Positions 19,636 through 27,832 of a stretch of DNA of 64,000 nucleotides are shown here, piece after piece. Each line of letters opens with the position of its first letter. The first letter of the stretch is position 1. The notes under the pieces are model-generated. The model did not search any database. It saw only the letters and a program-made list of their open reading frames with translations, and was not told where the DNA came from. The translations under genes were made by a program, and so were the position numbers. Source of the DNA: Betaproteobacteria bacterium SCGC AG-212-J23 (GTDB lineage: Bacteria; Pseudomonadota; Gammaproteobacteria; Burkholderiales; SG8-39); contig LSTF01000058.1 of the NCBI GenBank assembly GCA_001644455.1, positions 3,879 through 67,878 on the forward strand, in the 5' to 3' direction.

Positions 19636-20895
19636 ATGAACGGTCTGCATCTCATCGGTGACCTCACCGGCTGCCGCTGCGATCCGCAGCTACTCCTGGA
19701 CGGCGAGAGCTTTCGCGCCAAATGCCTCGAGATGGTGTCCGCTTCCGGTCTCACGACCATGGACGCGACCTTCCACACCTTCGATGGCGGCGGCTTCACC
19801 GGCACGGTCGTGCTGGCGGAGTCCCATCTGGCGATCCACACCTGGCCCGAGCGCCAGGGGCTGACGCTCGACGTCTACGTCTGCAACTACAGCGCCGACA
19901 ACTCCGCCAAGGCGAGGAAGCTCTTCGAGCAGCTGGTCGAGCACTTCCAGCCGACCGAGATCGCGAAGCACGAGGTCGAGCGCGGCGAGCACATGCTGAT
20001 GGAGCCGCTCAACGCCACCACGGGCTTCTACATCCGCGCCGACAAGCAGATCGGCGAGTGGCAGACCAAGTTCCAGAAGATGCAGATCTACGACACGCCG
20101 CACTACGGCAAGATCTTCCGGCTCGACGGCTTCAACATGACCTCCGAGAAGGAGGAGTTCGTCTACCACGAGAACCTCATCCACCCCGCGCTGACCGCGC
20201 ACGCGGCGCCGAAGAAGGTGCTGGTCATCGGCGGCGGCGACGGCGGCTCCTCCGAGGAGGCGCTCAAGCACCCGACCGTGGAGCAGGTGACGATGGTCGA
20301 GATCGATGCCGACGTCATCACCGTCGCCAAGGAGCATTTCCGCGCGGTGCACAACGGCGTGTTCGACAACCCCAAGCTGCAGGTGCGCATCGAGGACGGG
20401 ATGAAGTTCGTGCGCGACACGCACGAGAAGTTCGACCTGGTCGCCATGGACCTGAACGATCCGGTCGGCCCGGCCGCGGCGCTCTATTCGGCGGAATTCC
20501 TGCAGCAGATCCGCGCCACGCTTGCACCCGGCGGGGCGCTCACGCTGCACCTCGGCTCGCCGGTGGCGCAGCCGGCACGCGTGGCCGAGCTCGCCCAGCG
20601 CCTGAACGGCCTGTTCCGCATCGTGCGGGTGTACACGATGTACATCCCGCTCTACGGCTCGCTGTGGGCGATGGCGGTGTGCTCCGACAAGCTCGATCCC
20701 AAGGCCTTCACCGCCGACGAGATCGACCGCCGCATCGAGGCGCGGAAGATGCAGGAGCTCCGCTACTACAACGGCGAAACCCACGAGGGCGTGTTCGCCC
20801 TGCCGAACTTCGTAAGGGATCTGGTGACCCCGGCGCGCCTCAAGCAACCGGCCCGCGGCCGGCGGCTGGGCGTGGTGAGGGCCGCCGTCAAGTAA
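19636..20895 (+). CDS. Fused S-adenosylmethionine decarboxylase proenzyme (SpeH/SpeD class 1) - spermidine synthase (SpeE)
   Basis: ATG 19636 is residue 31 of track ORF 19546..20895, with GGAGG 11 nt upstream. The N-terminal ~120 aa carry the pyruvoyl self-cleavage motif VLAESHLAIHTWPE. The rest has spermidine synthase motifs (VLVIGGGDGG, MVEID, DLNDPVGPA). Confidence 0.88.
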   Translation: MNGLHLIGDLTGCRCDPQLLLDGESFRAKCLEMVSASGLTTMDATFHTFDGGGFTGTVVLAESHLAIHTWPERQGLTLDVYVCNYSADNSAKARKLFEQLVEHFQPTEIAKHEVERGEHMLMEPLNATTGFYIRADKQIGEWQTKFQKMQIYDTPHYGKIFRLDGFNMTSEKEEFVYHENLIHPALTAHAAPKKVLVIGGGDGGSSEEALKHPTVEQVTMVEIDADVITVAKEHFRAVHNGVFDNPKLQVRIEDGMKFVRDTHEKFDLVAMDLNDPVGPAAALYSAEFLQQIRATLAPGGALTLHLGSPVAQPARVAELAQRLNGLFRIVRVYTMYIPLYGSLWAMAVCSDKLDPKAFTADEIDRRIEARKMQELRYYNGETHEGVFALPNFVRDLVTPARLKQPARGRRLGVVRAAVK

Positions 20896-20922
20896 CAAAA
20901 ACCAAAAGAAGAAAAAAGGGAG

Positions 20923-20946
20923 AAAGGGGCGCTTCGGCGCCCTTTT
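20923..20946. terminator. Bidirectional intrinsic terminator between convergent speDE and aminotransferase genes
   Basis: Hairpin AAAGGGGCGC-TTCG-GCGCCCTTTT (one G-U wobble pair) with a UUCG loop. An A-tract lies upstream and a T-tract downstream, so it reads as a terminator on both strands. Confidence 0.6.
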
Positions 20947-20949
20947 CTA

Positions 20950-22278
20950 TTACTGGACGGTCTTCAGCGCTTCGCGGATCGTGTCGAAGATCCGCTCGAT
21001 CTGCGCCTTTTCGACGATGAGCGGTGGCGAGAAAGCCAGGATGTCGCCCGTCCAGCGGATCAGCACGCCCGCTTCGAAGATCTTGAGAAAGGCCTCGTAG
21101 GCGCGCTTGCCGGGCGCGCCGGGCCGCGGCTCGAGCTCGACCGCACCCATCAGGCCGCAGTTGCGGATATCGACGACGTGCCGGCTGCCCTTGAGGGCGT
21201 GCAGGCAGTCCTCGAAGTGCTTCTCGAGCGACTGGGTGCGAGTCAGGAGTCCTTCGTCGGCATAGGTGTCGAGCGTGGCGATGCCGGCGGCGCAGGCGAG
21301 CGGGTGCCCCGAGTAGGTATAGCCGTGGAAGAGCTCGATGCCCTCGGGCGCATCCATGAATGCGTCGTAGATGGAGTCCTTGGCGAACACCGCGCCCATG
21401 GGAACGGTGCCGTTGGTCATGCCCTTGGCGACGGTGAAGAGGTCGGGCATCACGCCGAAGCGCTGGCTCGCGAACGGCTGGCCGAGACGCCCGAAGCCGG
21501 TGATCACCTCGTCGAAGATGAGCAGGATGCCGTGCTTCGAGCAGATTTCGCGCAAACGCTGCAGGTAGCCCTGCGGCGGTACGAGCACGCCGGCGGAGCC
21601 GGCGACCGGCTCGACGATCACGGCGGCGATGGTCGATGGATCGTGCAGCGTGCAGACGCGCTCGAGGTCGTCGGCGAACTCGGCGCCGTGCTGCGGCTGG
21701 CCTTTGGAGAATGAATTTCTCTGCAGATCGTGCGTATGGCGGATGTGATCCACTCCGGCGACGCCGGGACCGAAGGCTTTGCGATTGGCCGGAATGCCGC
21801 CGACCGCCATGCCGCCGAAATTGACGCCGTGATAGCCGCGCTCGCGGCCGATCAGGCGGATGCGCTGCCCCTCGCCGCGCGCGCGATGGTAGGCGAGCGC
21901 GATCTTCAGCGCGGTGTCCGCGGATTCGGATCCGGAGTTGGTGAAGAACACGCGCGAGAAGCGCTCGGGCGCGATAGCGGCGAGGCGCTCGGCGAATTCG
22001 AACGCGATCGGGTGCCCCATATTGAAGGTCGGGGCGAAGTCCATCTCGGCGACCTGCTTCTGCACTGCCGCGACGATCTTCGGCCGGCAGTGCCCGGCAT
22101 TCACGCACCACAGGCCGGCCTGGCCGTCGAGCACCTGGCGGCCGTCGGCCGTCCAGTAGTGCATGCCCTCGGCCCGGACAAGCAACCGCGGCGCCGCCTT
22201 GAACTGGCGGTTCGCCGTGTAGGGCATCCAGAAGGCCGACCTCCGCAGGTCTGCGGGGAAGTCGGCTCGCTTGTTCAT
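20950..22278 (-). CDS. Class-III (omega) aminotransferase, beta-alanine/omega-amino acid-pyruvate type
   Basis: ATG 22278 is residue 280 of track ORF 20950..23115 and overlaps the FAH stop as ATGA. Motifs FDEVITGFGRLG and the PLP-Lys segment FTVAKGMTNG. Confidence 0.9.
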   Translation of the reverse strand: MNKRADFPADLRRSAFWMPYTANRQFKAAPRLLVRAEGMHYWTADGRQVLDGQAGLWCVNAGHCRPKIVAAVQKQVAEMDFAPTFNMGHPIAFEFAERLAAIAPERFSRVFFTNSGSESADTALKIALAYHRARGEGQRIRLIGRERGYHGVNFGGMAVGGIPANRKAFGPGVAGVDHIRHTHDLQRNSFSKGQPQHGAEFADDLERVCTLHDPSTIAAVIVEPVAGSAGVLVPPQGYLQRLREICSKHGILLIFDEVITGFGRLGQPFASQRFGVMPDLFTVAKGMTNGTVPMGAVFAKDSIYDAFMDAPEGIELFHGYTYSGHPLACAAGIATLDTYADEGLLTRTQSLEKHFEDCLHALKGSRHVVDIRNCGLMGAVELEPRPGAPGKRAYEAFLKIFEAGVLIRWTGDILAFSPPLIVEKAQIERIFDTIREALKTVQ

Positions 22279-23123
22279 CCTGAGTAGGCTACTACCTTTT
22301 GCCTTTGTTCCCCCAAACCTGAGATCTTCAGTGTCATCACGTCGCCCGGCTTGAGGAACACCGGGTTGGGCTTGATGCCGAGCCCCACGCCGGGAGGCGT
22401 GCCGGTGCAGATGATGTCGCCCGGCAGCAACGTCATGTACTGGCTGACGTGCGAGATGATCTTCGCGCAGCTGAAAACCATGGTGCGGGTGTTGCCCGTC
22501 TGCATGCGCTTGCCGTTGACGTCGAGCGCCATGTCGAGCCGCTGCGGGTCGCCGATCTCGTCGGTCGTGACCAGCCAGGGACCGATCGGCCCCGAGGTGT
22601 CGAAGCCCTTGCCCTTGTCCCACTGCGTGGTCGCCATCTGGAAGGCGCGCTCGGATACGTCGTTGACGATGCAGTAGCCGGCGACGTGCTCGAGAGCGGA
22701 GGCCTCGTCGACGTAGCGCGCCTGCGTGCCGATGACGATACCCAGCTCGATTTCCCAGTCGAGCTTGGTCGAGTTCTTCGGCTGGATCACGTCGTCGTTG
22801 GGGCCGTTGATGCAGGTCGTCGCCTTCATGAACACGATCGGCTCGGCCGGGATCGGCAGGCCGGCCTCCTTGGCGTGGTCGGAGTAGTTGAGGCCGATGG
22901 CGACGAACTTGCCGATGCCGACGTAGGGCACGCCGAGGCGCGGCGCGCCGTTCACCAGCGGCAGCGACTCGGGCTTGTGCCGCGAGAGCATCTTCAGGCC
23001 GCGCGGCGAGATCTCGTTCGGCCCGATGTTGTCCACCACTTTCGACAGATCGCGCAACTTCCCGTCCGCGTCGATCACGCCCGGCTTCTCGTACCCCGGC
23101 TTGCCGTATCGGCACAACTTCAT
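22275..23123 (-). CDS. Fumarylacetoacetate hydrolase (FAH) family hydrolase/hydratase
   Basis: Track ORF, 282 aa with a typical FAH-family C-terminal domain (IGLNYSDH, WEIELGIVIG, PGDIICTGTPPGVG). Confidence 0.9.
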   Translation of the reverse strand: MKLCRYGKPGYEKPGVIDADGKLRDLSKVVDNIGPNEISPRGLKMLSRHKPESLPLVNGAPRLGVPYVGIGKFVAIGLNYSDHAKEAGLPIPAEPIVFMKATTCINGPNDDVIQPKNSTKLDWEIELGIVIGTQARYVDEASALEHVAGYCIVNDVSERAFQMATTQWDKGKGFDTSGPIGPWLVTTDEIGDPQRLDMALDVNGKRMQTGNTRTMVFSCAKIISHVSQYMTLLPGDIICTGTPPGVGLGIKPNPVFLKPGDVMTLKISGLGEQRQKVVAYSG

Positions 23124-23860
23124 ATCGTCATTCCCCCGTCGATCGAATAGGCGTTGCCGGTCGCGAACAGCGACTCGTCGGACGCCAGAAAAACCAGAAT
23201 CCCCATGATGTCGTCGACCGTGCCGAGCCGACCCATCGGCTGGCGCGCGACGAAATCCTTCCTCGCCTGCACCGGGTCGGCGAAGGCGTTGATGCGTCCT
23301 TGCAGCGAAGGCGTGTCGACCGTCCCCGGGCAGATCGCGTTGCAGCGGATGCCCTTGGCAACGAAATCCGCGGCGATCGCCTTGGTGAGACCGATCACCG
23401 CGGCCTTGCTCGCGCCGTAGACGAAGCGGTTTGGCAGGCCTTTCAGCGACGAAGCCACCGAAGCCATGTTGATGATCGAGCCCTTGCCCTTCTTCAACAT
23501 GCCGGGGATGAAGGCTTTCGACACGAGGAACATGGACTTCGTGTTGACCGCGAAGGCCTGGTCCCAGTCCTTGGTCGTCGCGTCGAGGATCGAGCCGTGA
23601 TGCACGATGCCGGCGCAGTTGAACAGCACGTCGATCGCGCCGACCTCGGCTGCAAGTTTGTTGATCGCGGCCTCATCGGTCACGTCCAGCTGCCGCGCCT
23701 TGACGCCTTCCTTGCCGTCGAGCTCTCCGACCGTCTTGGCGTTCATGTCGCTGGCCCACACCCTGGCGCCTTCGCGGGCGAAGGCGAGCGCGGCGGCGCG
23801 GCCCATGCCCTGACCTGCGGCGGTGATGAAAGCGGTTTTTCCTGCGAGGCGACCGGCCAT
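23120..23860 (-). CDS. Short-chain dehydrogenase/reductase (2-keto-3-deoxy-acid dehydrogenase-like)
   Basis: Track ORF with cofactor loop ITAAGQGMG and catalytic YGASKAAV. ATGA overlap with the FAH gene. Confidence 0.88.
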   Translation of the reverse strand: MAGRLAGKTAFITAAGQGMGRAAALAFAREGARVWASDMNAKTVGELDGKEGVKARQLDVTDEAAINKLAAEVGAIDVLFNCAGIVHHGSILDATTKDWDQAFAVNTKSMFLVSKAFIPGMLKKGKGSIINMASVASSLKGLPNRFVYGASKAAVIGLTKAIAADFVAKGIRCNAICPGTVDTPSLQGRINAFADPVQARKDFVARQPMGRLGTVDDIMGILVFLASDESLFATGNAYSIDGGMTI

Positions 23861-23871
23861 GGAAGGGCGCG

Positions 23872-23879
23872 ATTATACT
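23872..23879. promoter_or_regulatory. Back-to-back -10 elements ATTATACT at the centre of a 29-nt quasi-palindromic divergent spacer
   Basis: TATACT (+) ends 10 nt before ATG 23890 and TATAAT (-) ends 11 nt before ATG 23860. It is flanked by 8/9 inverted arms GGAAGGGCG / CGCCCTCCC. No Shine-Dalgarno on either sense strand. Confidence 0.45.
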
Positions 23880-23889
23880 TCGCCCTCCC

Positions 23890-24579
23890 ATGAATAAACT
23901 CGATTTCGCAGGGCGCCACGCGATCGTCACCGGCGGCTCGGCAGGCATCGGCGCGGCGATTGCGAAACGGCTCGCCGCATCCGGCGCCAAGGTCACCCTC
24001 TGGGACCTCGACGGCTCGCCGCGCGTCGACGTCTCCGATCCGACGTCCATCGAGAAAGCCTTGCAGGGAATCGGCAAGGTGGACGTGCTAGTGAACAACG
24101 CCGGCGTAGCGGGGCAAAACGTGCCGACCGTCGACTACCCAATCGAGGAATGGGAGCGCGTGCTGCGCGTCAACCTCACCAGCCAGTTCCTCTGCTGCCG
24201 TGCCGTTGCGCCACTGATGGCGAAGGCGAAGTACGGCCGCATCGTCAACATCGCTTCCGTCGCGGGCAAGGAAGGCAATCCGAACGCCGTCGCTTACTCC
24301 GCCTCCAAGGCGGGCGTCATCTCGCTGACCAAGAGCCTCGGCAAGGAGCTCGCGCAAGCCGGCGTGCTGGTCAACTGCGTGACGCCGGCCGCGGCGAAGA
24401 CGGCGATCTTCGACCAGATGACGAAGCAGCACATCGACTACATGCTCTCCAAGATTCCGATGGGCCGCTTCGTCGAGGTGGACGAGATCGCGGCGCTGGT
24501 GTGCTGGCTCGCGAGCGAGGACTGCTCGTTCTCGACCGGCGGGGTGTTCGACATTTCGGGCGGAAGAGCTACTTACTAA
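23890..24579 (+). CDS. Short-chain dehydrogenase/reductase
   Basis: Track ORF with TGGSAGIG, NNAG and YSASKAGV. Confidence 0.88.
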   Translation: MNKLDFAGRHAIVTGGSAGIGAAIAKRLAASGAKVTLWDLDGSPRVDVSDPTSIEKALQGIGKVDVLVNNAGVAGQNVPTVDYPIEEWERVLRVNLTSQFLCCRAVAPLMAKAKYGRIVNIASVAGKEGNPNAVAYSASKAGVISLTKSLGKELAQAGVLVNCVTPAAAKTAIFDQMTKQHIDYMLSKIPMGRFVEVDEIAALVCWLASEDCSFSTGGVFDISGGRATY

Positions 24580-24590
24580 GGGGAGGAATC

Positions 24591-25550
24591 ATGAGGATGT
24601 TGCTTCTTGCAGTTCTCGCCGCGTTTTCCACGGCGGGCCTGGCCCAGCAGAAACTCAAGTTCGCGCATGTCTATGAGACGTCGGAGCCCTACCACACGTA
24701 CGCGGTGTGGGCGGCGGGCGAGATCGCCAAGCGCACCGGCAACCGCTACGCGATGGACGTGTTCCCGGCCTCGCAGCTCGGCAACGAGACGCAGATCAAC
24801 CAGTCGTTGTCGCTCGGCACCGTCGACCTGATCTATACCGGCCAGGCGTTCGCCGCGCGCACCTATCCGCCGCTCTCCATCGGCGGCGCGCCGTACATGT
24901 TCCGCGACTTCGACCACTGGAAGAAATACTCCGAGAGCGCGGTGCTCGCCGAGCTGATGGACGGCTACTTCAAGAAGGGCGGCAACAAGCCGATCGCCGC
25001 GTTCTACTACGGTGTGCGCCACACCACCGCCAACAAGGCGATCAACAAGCCCGAGGACATGAAGGGCCTCAAGCTGCGCGTGCCGGATGCGCCGCTCTAC
25101 ATCATGTATCCGAAGATCGCCGGCGCGAACGCGACGCCGATCGCCTTCGCCGAGGTCTACCTCGCGCTGCAGAACAAGACCGTGGATGCGCAGGAGAACC
25201 CGCTGCCGACCATCCTGGCGAAGAAGTTCTACGAGGTGCAGACGCATATCAACCTGACCGGGCACATCACCGAGATGCTGCTCGCCATCGTCGGCGGCCA
25301 CGTGTGGAGCAAGCTCTCCGACGCCGACAAGAAGACCTTCGAGGCGGTGTTCAAGGAAGCGGCGCTCAAGTCGAACGCCGAGATCGCCGCCGCCGAGCAG
25401 GCGCTGGTGAGCGATTTCGCCACCAAGTACGGCAAGACGGTGGTGAAGTCCGACCGCGAGGCGTTCAAGAAAGTCTTCGCGCCGTTCCTCGTCGCGAAGG
25501 ACGTGCCCTGGGATAAGGCACTCTACGATCGCGTGCAGGCGATCAAGTAA
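24591..25550 (+). CDS. TRAP transporter substrate-binding protein (DctP type)
   Basis: ATG 24591 is residue 148 of track ORF 24150..25550, preceded by GGGAGGA. Signal peptide MRMLLLAVLAAFSTAGLA. Conserved Arg in YYGVRHTT. Confidence 0.9.
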   Translation: MRMLLLAVLAAFSTAGLAQQKLKFAHVYETSEPYHTYAVWAAGEIAKRTGNRYAMDVFPASQLGNETQINQSLSLGTVDLIYTGQAFAARTYPPLSIGGAPYMFRDFDHWKKYSESAVLAELMDGYFKKGGNKPIAAFYYGVRHTTANKAINKPEDMKGLKLRVPDAPLYIMYPKIAGANATPIAFAEVYLALQNKTVDAQENPLPTILAKKFYEVQTHINLTGHITEMLLAIVGGHVWSKLSDADKKTFEAVFKEAALKSNAEIAAAEQALVSDFATKYGKTVVKSDREAFKKVFAPFLVAKDVPWDKALYDRVQAIK

Positions 25551-27277
25551 TGAAGAAGAAGACCGGCTGGCGGAGCGTCCAGTGGTTCGGGCGCCAGGAC
25601 ATCTACGGCTTTATCTACCGTAGCTGGACCAAGAACCGCGGCGTCCCGCAGGACCAGTTCGACGGCCGGCCGGTCATCGGCATCTGCAACACGTGGTCGG
25701 AGCTCACGCCGTGCAACACGCACTTCCGCGTGCTCGCCGACCACGTGCGCCACGGCGTCCTGGAAGCGGGCGGCTTCCCGCTCGAATTCCCGGTGATGTC
25801 GCTCGGCGAGACGCTGCTCCGGCCGACCGCCATGCTCTACCGCAACCTGGCGAGCATGGACGTCGAGGAGTCGATCCGCGCCAATCCGCTCGACGGCGTG
25901 GTTCTGCTCGCCGGCTGCGACAAGACCACGCCCGCGACGCTGATGGGCGCGGCGAGCGTCGACCTGCCGACCATCCTCGTCTCGGGCGGGCCGATGCTCT
26001 CCGGCAAGTACCGCGGCACCGACATCGGCTCGGGAACCAACGTCTGGTCGATGTCGGAGGACCTGCGCGCCGGCAAGATCTCGCTCGAGGAGTTCCACGA
26101 GGCGGAGTCGTGCATGCATCGCTCGCACGGCCACTGCATGGTGATGGGCACCGCCTCGACCATGGCCTCGATGGCGGAAGCGCTCGGCGTCGGCATGCCG
26201 GGCAATGCCGCGTTCCCGGCGGTGGATGCGCGCCGCAACGTCATTGCCCGCATGGCCGGAAGACAGATCGTTTCTCTCGTCAAACAGAAAATTCCCCTGT
26301 CGAAGATCCTGACCAAACAGGCTTTCGAGAACGCCATTCGCACGCTCTCGGCGATCGGCGGCTCGACCAACGCGGTCATCCACCTGATCGCGCTCGCCGG
26401 CCGCATCGGCGTGAAGCTCGATCTCGACGACTTCCATCGCCTCGGCGAGGGCATGAGCACCATCCTCAACCTCATGCCCTCCGGCAAGTACTTGATGGAG
26501 GACTTCTGCTACGCCGGCGGCTTGCCGGTGGTGCTGCGCGAGCTCGGCGAGAACAATCTGCTGCACAAGAATGCGCTGACGGTGAACGGCCAGACGATGT
26601 GGGAGAACGTGAAGGACGCGAAGTGCTGGAACCGGGACGTCATTACTCCCTACAAGAAACCGTTCAAGAAGAACACCGGCCTCACCGTACTGCGCGGCAA
26701 CCTGGCGCCGAACGGCGCCATCATCAAGCCCTCCGCCGCGACGCCGAAGCTCCTCAAGCACAAGGGCCGCGCGGTGGTGTTCGAGAACATCGAGGACTTC
26801 CACGGCCGCATCGACGACCCGAACCTCGACATCGACGAGAAATGCATCATGGTGCTGAAGAATTGCGGGCCGAAGGGCTATCCCGGCATGGCCGAGGTCG
26901 GCAACATGCCGCTGCCGCCGAAGCTCCTGAAGAAGGGCGTGACCGACATGGTGCGCGTCTCGGATGCGCGCATGAGTGGCACCGCCTACGGCACCGTGGT
27001 GCTGCATGTCTCGCCGGAAGCGACGGCGGGCGGCGTGCTGGCGCTGGTGCAGAACGGCGACGTCATCGAGCTCGACGTGGCCAAGGGAAAGCTGCAGTTG
27101 CTGGTTCCTGAAAAAGAACTTTCCCGTAGAAAGAAATCCTGGAAGAAACCCAAACCGCCCTTGCCTCGCGGCTACTGGCGCCTGTACTTCGACCACGTGC
27201 AGCAGGCGGACAAGGGCGCCGACCTCGACTTCCTGGTCGGCAAGAGCGGCTCCTTCGTGCCGCGCGACAACCACTGA
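25550..27277 (+). CDS. IlvD/Edd-family sugar-acid dehydratase
   Basis: Track ORF, 575 aa with family motifs (ICNTWSE, LAGCDKTTPA, SDARMSGTAYG). 1-nt overlaps with the genes on both sides (TAATG, TGATG). Confidence 0.9.
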   Translation: MKKKTGWRSVQWFGRQDIYGFIYRSWTKNRGVPQDQFDGRPVIGICNTWSELTPCNTHFRVLADHVRHGVLEAGGFPLEFPVMSLGETLLRPTAMLYRNLASMDVEESIRANPLDGVVLLAGCDKTTPATLMGAASVDLPTILVSGGPMLSGKYRGTDIGSGTNVWSMSEDLRAGKISLEEFHEAESCMHRSHGHCMVMGTASTMASMAEALGVGMPGNAAFPAVDARRNVIARMAGRQIVSLVKQKIPLSKILTKQAFENAIRTLSAIGGSTNAVIHLIALAGRIGVKLDLDDFHRLGEGMSTILNLMPSGKYLMEDFCYAGGLPVVLRELGENNLLHKNALTVNGQTMWENVKDAKCWNRDVITPYKKPFKKNTGLTVLRGNLAPNGAIIKPSAATPKLLKHKGRAVVFENIEDFHGRIDDPNLDIDEKCIMVLKNCGPKGYPGMAEVGNMPLPPKLLKKGVTDMVRVSDARMSGTAYGTVVLHVSPEATAGGVLALVQNGDVIELDVAKGKLQLLVPEKELSRRKKSWKKPKPPLPRGYWRLYFDHVQQADKGADLDFLVGKSGSFVPRDNH

Positions 27278-27831
27278 TGAGTGAAGAGCAGGACCACGTC
27301 CTCGGCAGCGACGGCCAGTTCCACGTCGAGGACGAGGCGGTCGACATCTCGATCTACGGCTGGGAGGACTGGGTGACGTTCGTCCTCTTCTGGCTGATGG
27401 CGGCGGTGGTGTTCTACCAGGTGTATACGCGCTACGTGCTGTCGGATTCCGCCGGCTGGACCGAGGAGATCGCGCGCTACTTCCTGGTCGCGGTGGTGTT
27501 CATCGGCGCCTCGATGTCGGTGCGCAAGAACAACCACATCCAGGTCGACTACTTCTATCGCCTGATGCCGAAGGCGATGGGACGCGTCGTGTCGACCGCG
27601 GTCGACGTGGTGCGCTGCCTCTTCCTCGGCTATGCGGTGTGGCTCACGTGGCTTCTCCTGCAGCGCATCGGCCGCCAGCAGATGGCGGTGATCGACCTGC
27701 CGGTGGGTATCGTCTTCTCCTGCATGCTGTTCGGTTTCACGCTCATGTTCGTGCGCTCGCTGCAGGTCGCCTGGCGCCACTGGAAGCTCGGCTACAGCGT
27801 GCTCGAGCGCCCGGAAGCGTTCGAGGGCTGA
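27277..27831 (+). CDS. TRAP transporter small permease (DctQ type)
   Basis: Track ORF, 184 aa with 4 TM segments, directly upstream of the DctM-type gene. Confidence 0.88.
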   Translation: MSEEQDHVLGSDGQFHVEDEAVDISIYGWEDWVTFVLFWLMAAVVFYQVYTRYVLSDSAGWTEEIARYFLVAVVFIGASMSVRKNNHIQVDYFYRLMPKAMGRVVSTAVDVVRCLFLGYAVWLTWLLLQRIGRQQMAVIDLPVGIVFSCMLFGFTLMFVRSLQVAWRHWKLGYSVLERPEAFEG

Positions 27832-27832
27832 C

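Noticed and set aside
20896-20925. Conspicuous purine/A-rich tract (caaaaaccaaaagaagaaaaaagggagaaagg) in otherwise GC-rich DNA, considered as a small RNA or insertion scar.
   Set aside because: It is the A-rich 5' flank of the bidirectional terminator hairpin, supplying the U-run for the minus-strand transcript. There is no ORF or further structure.
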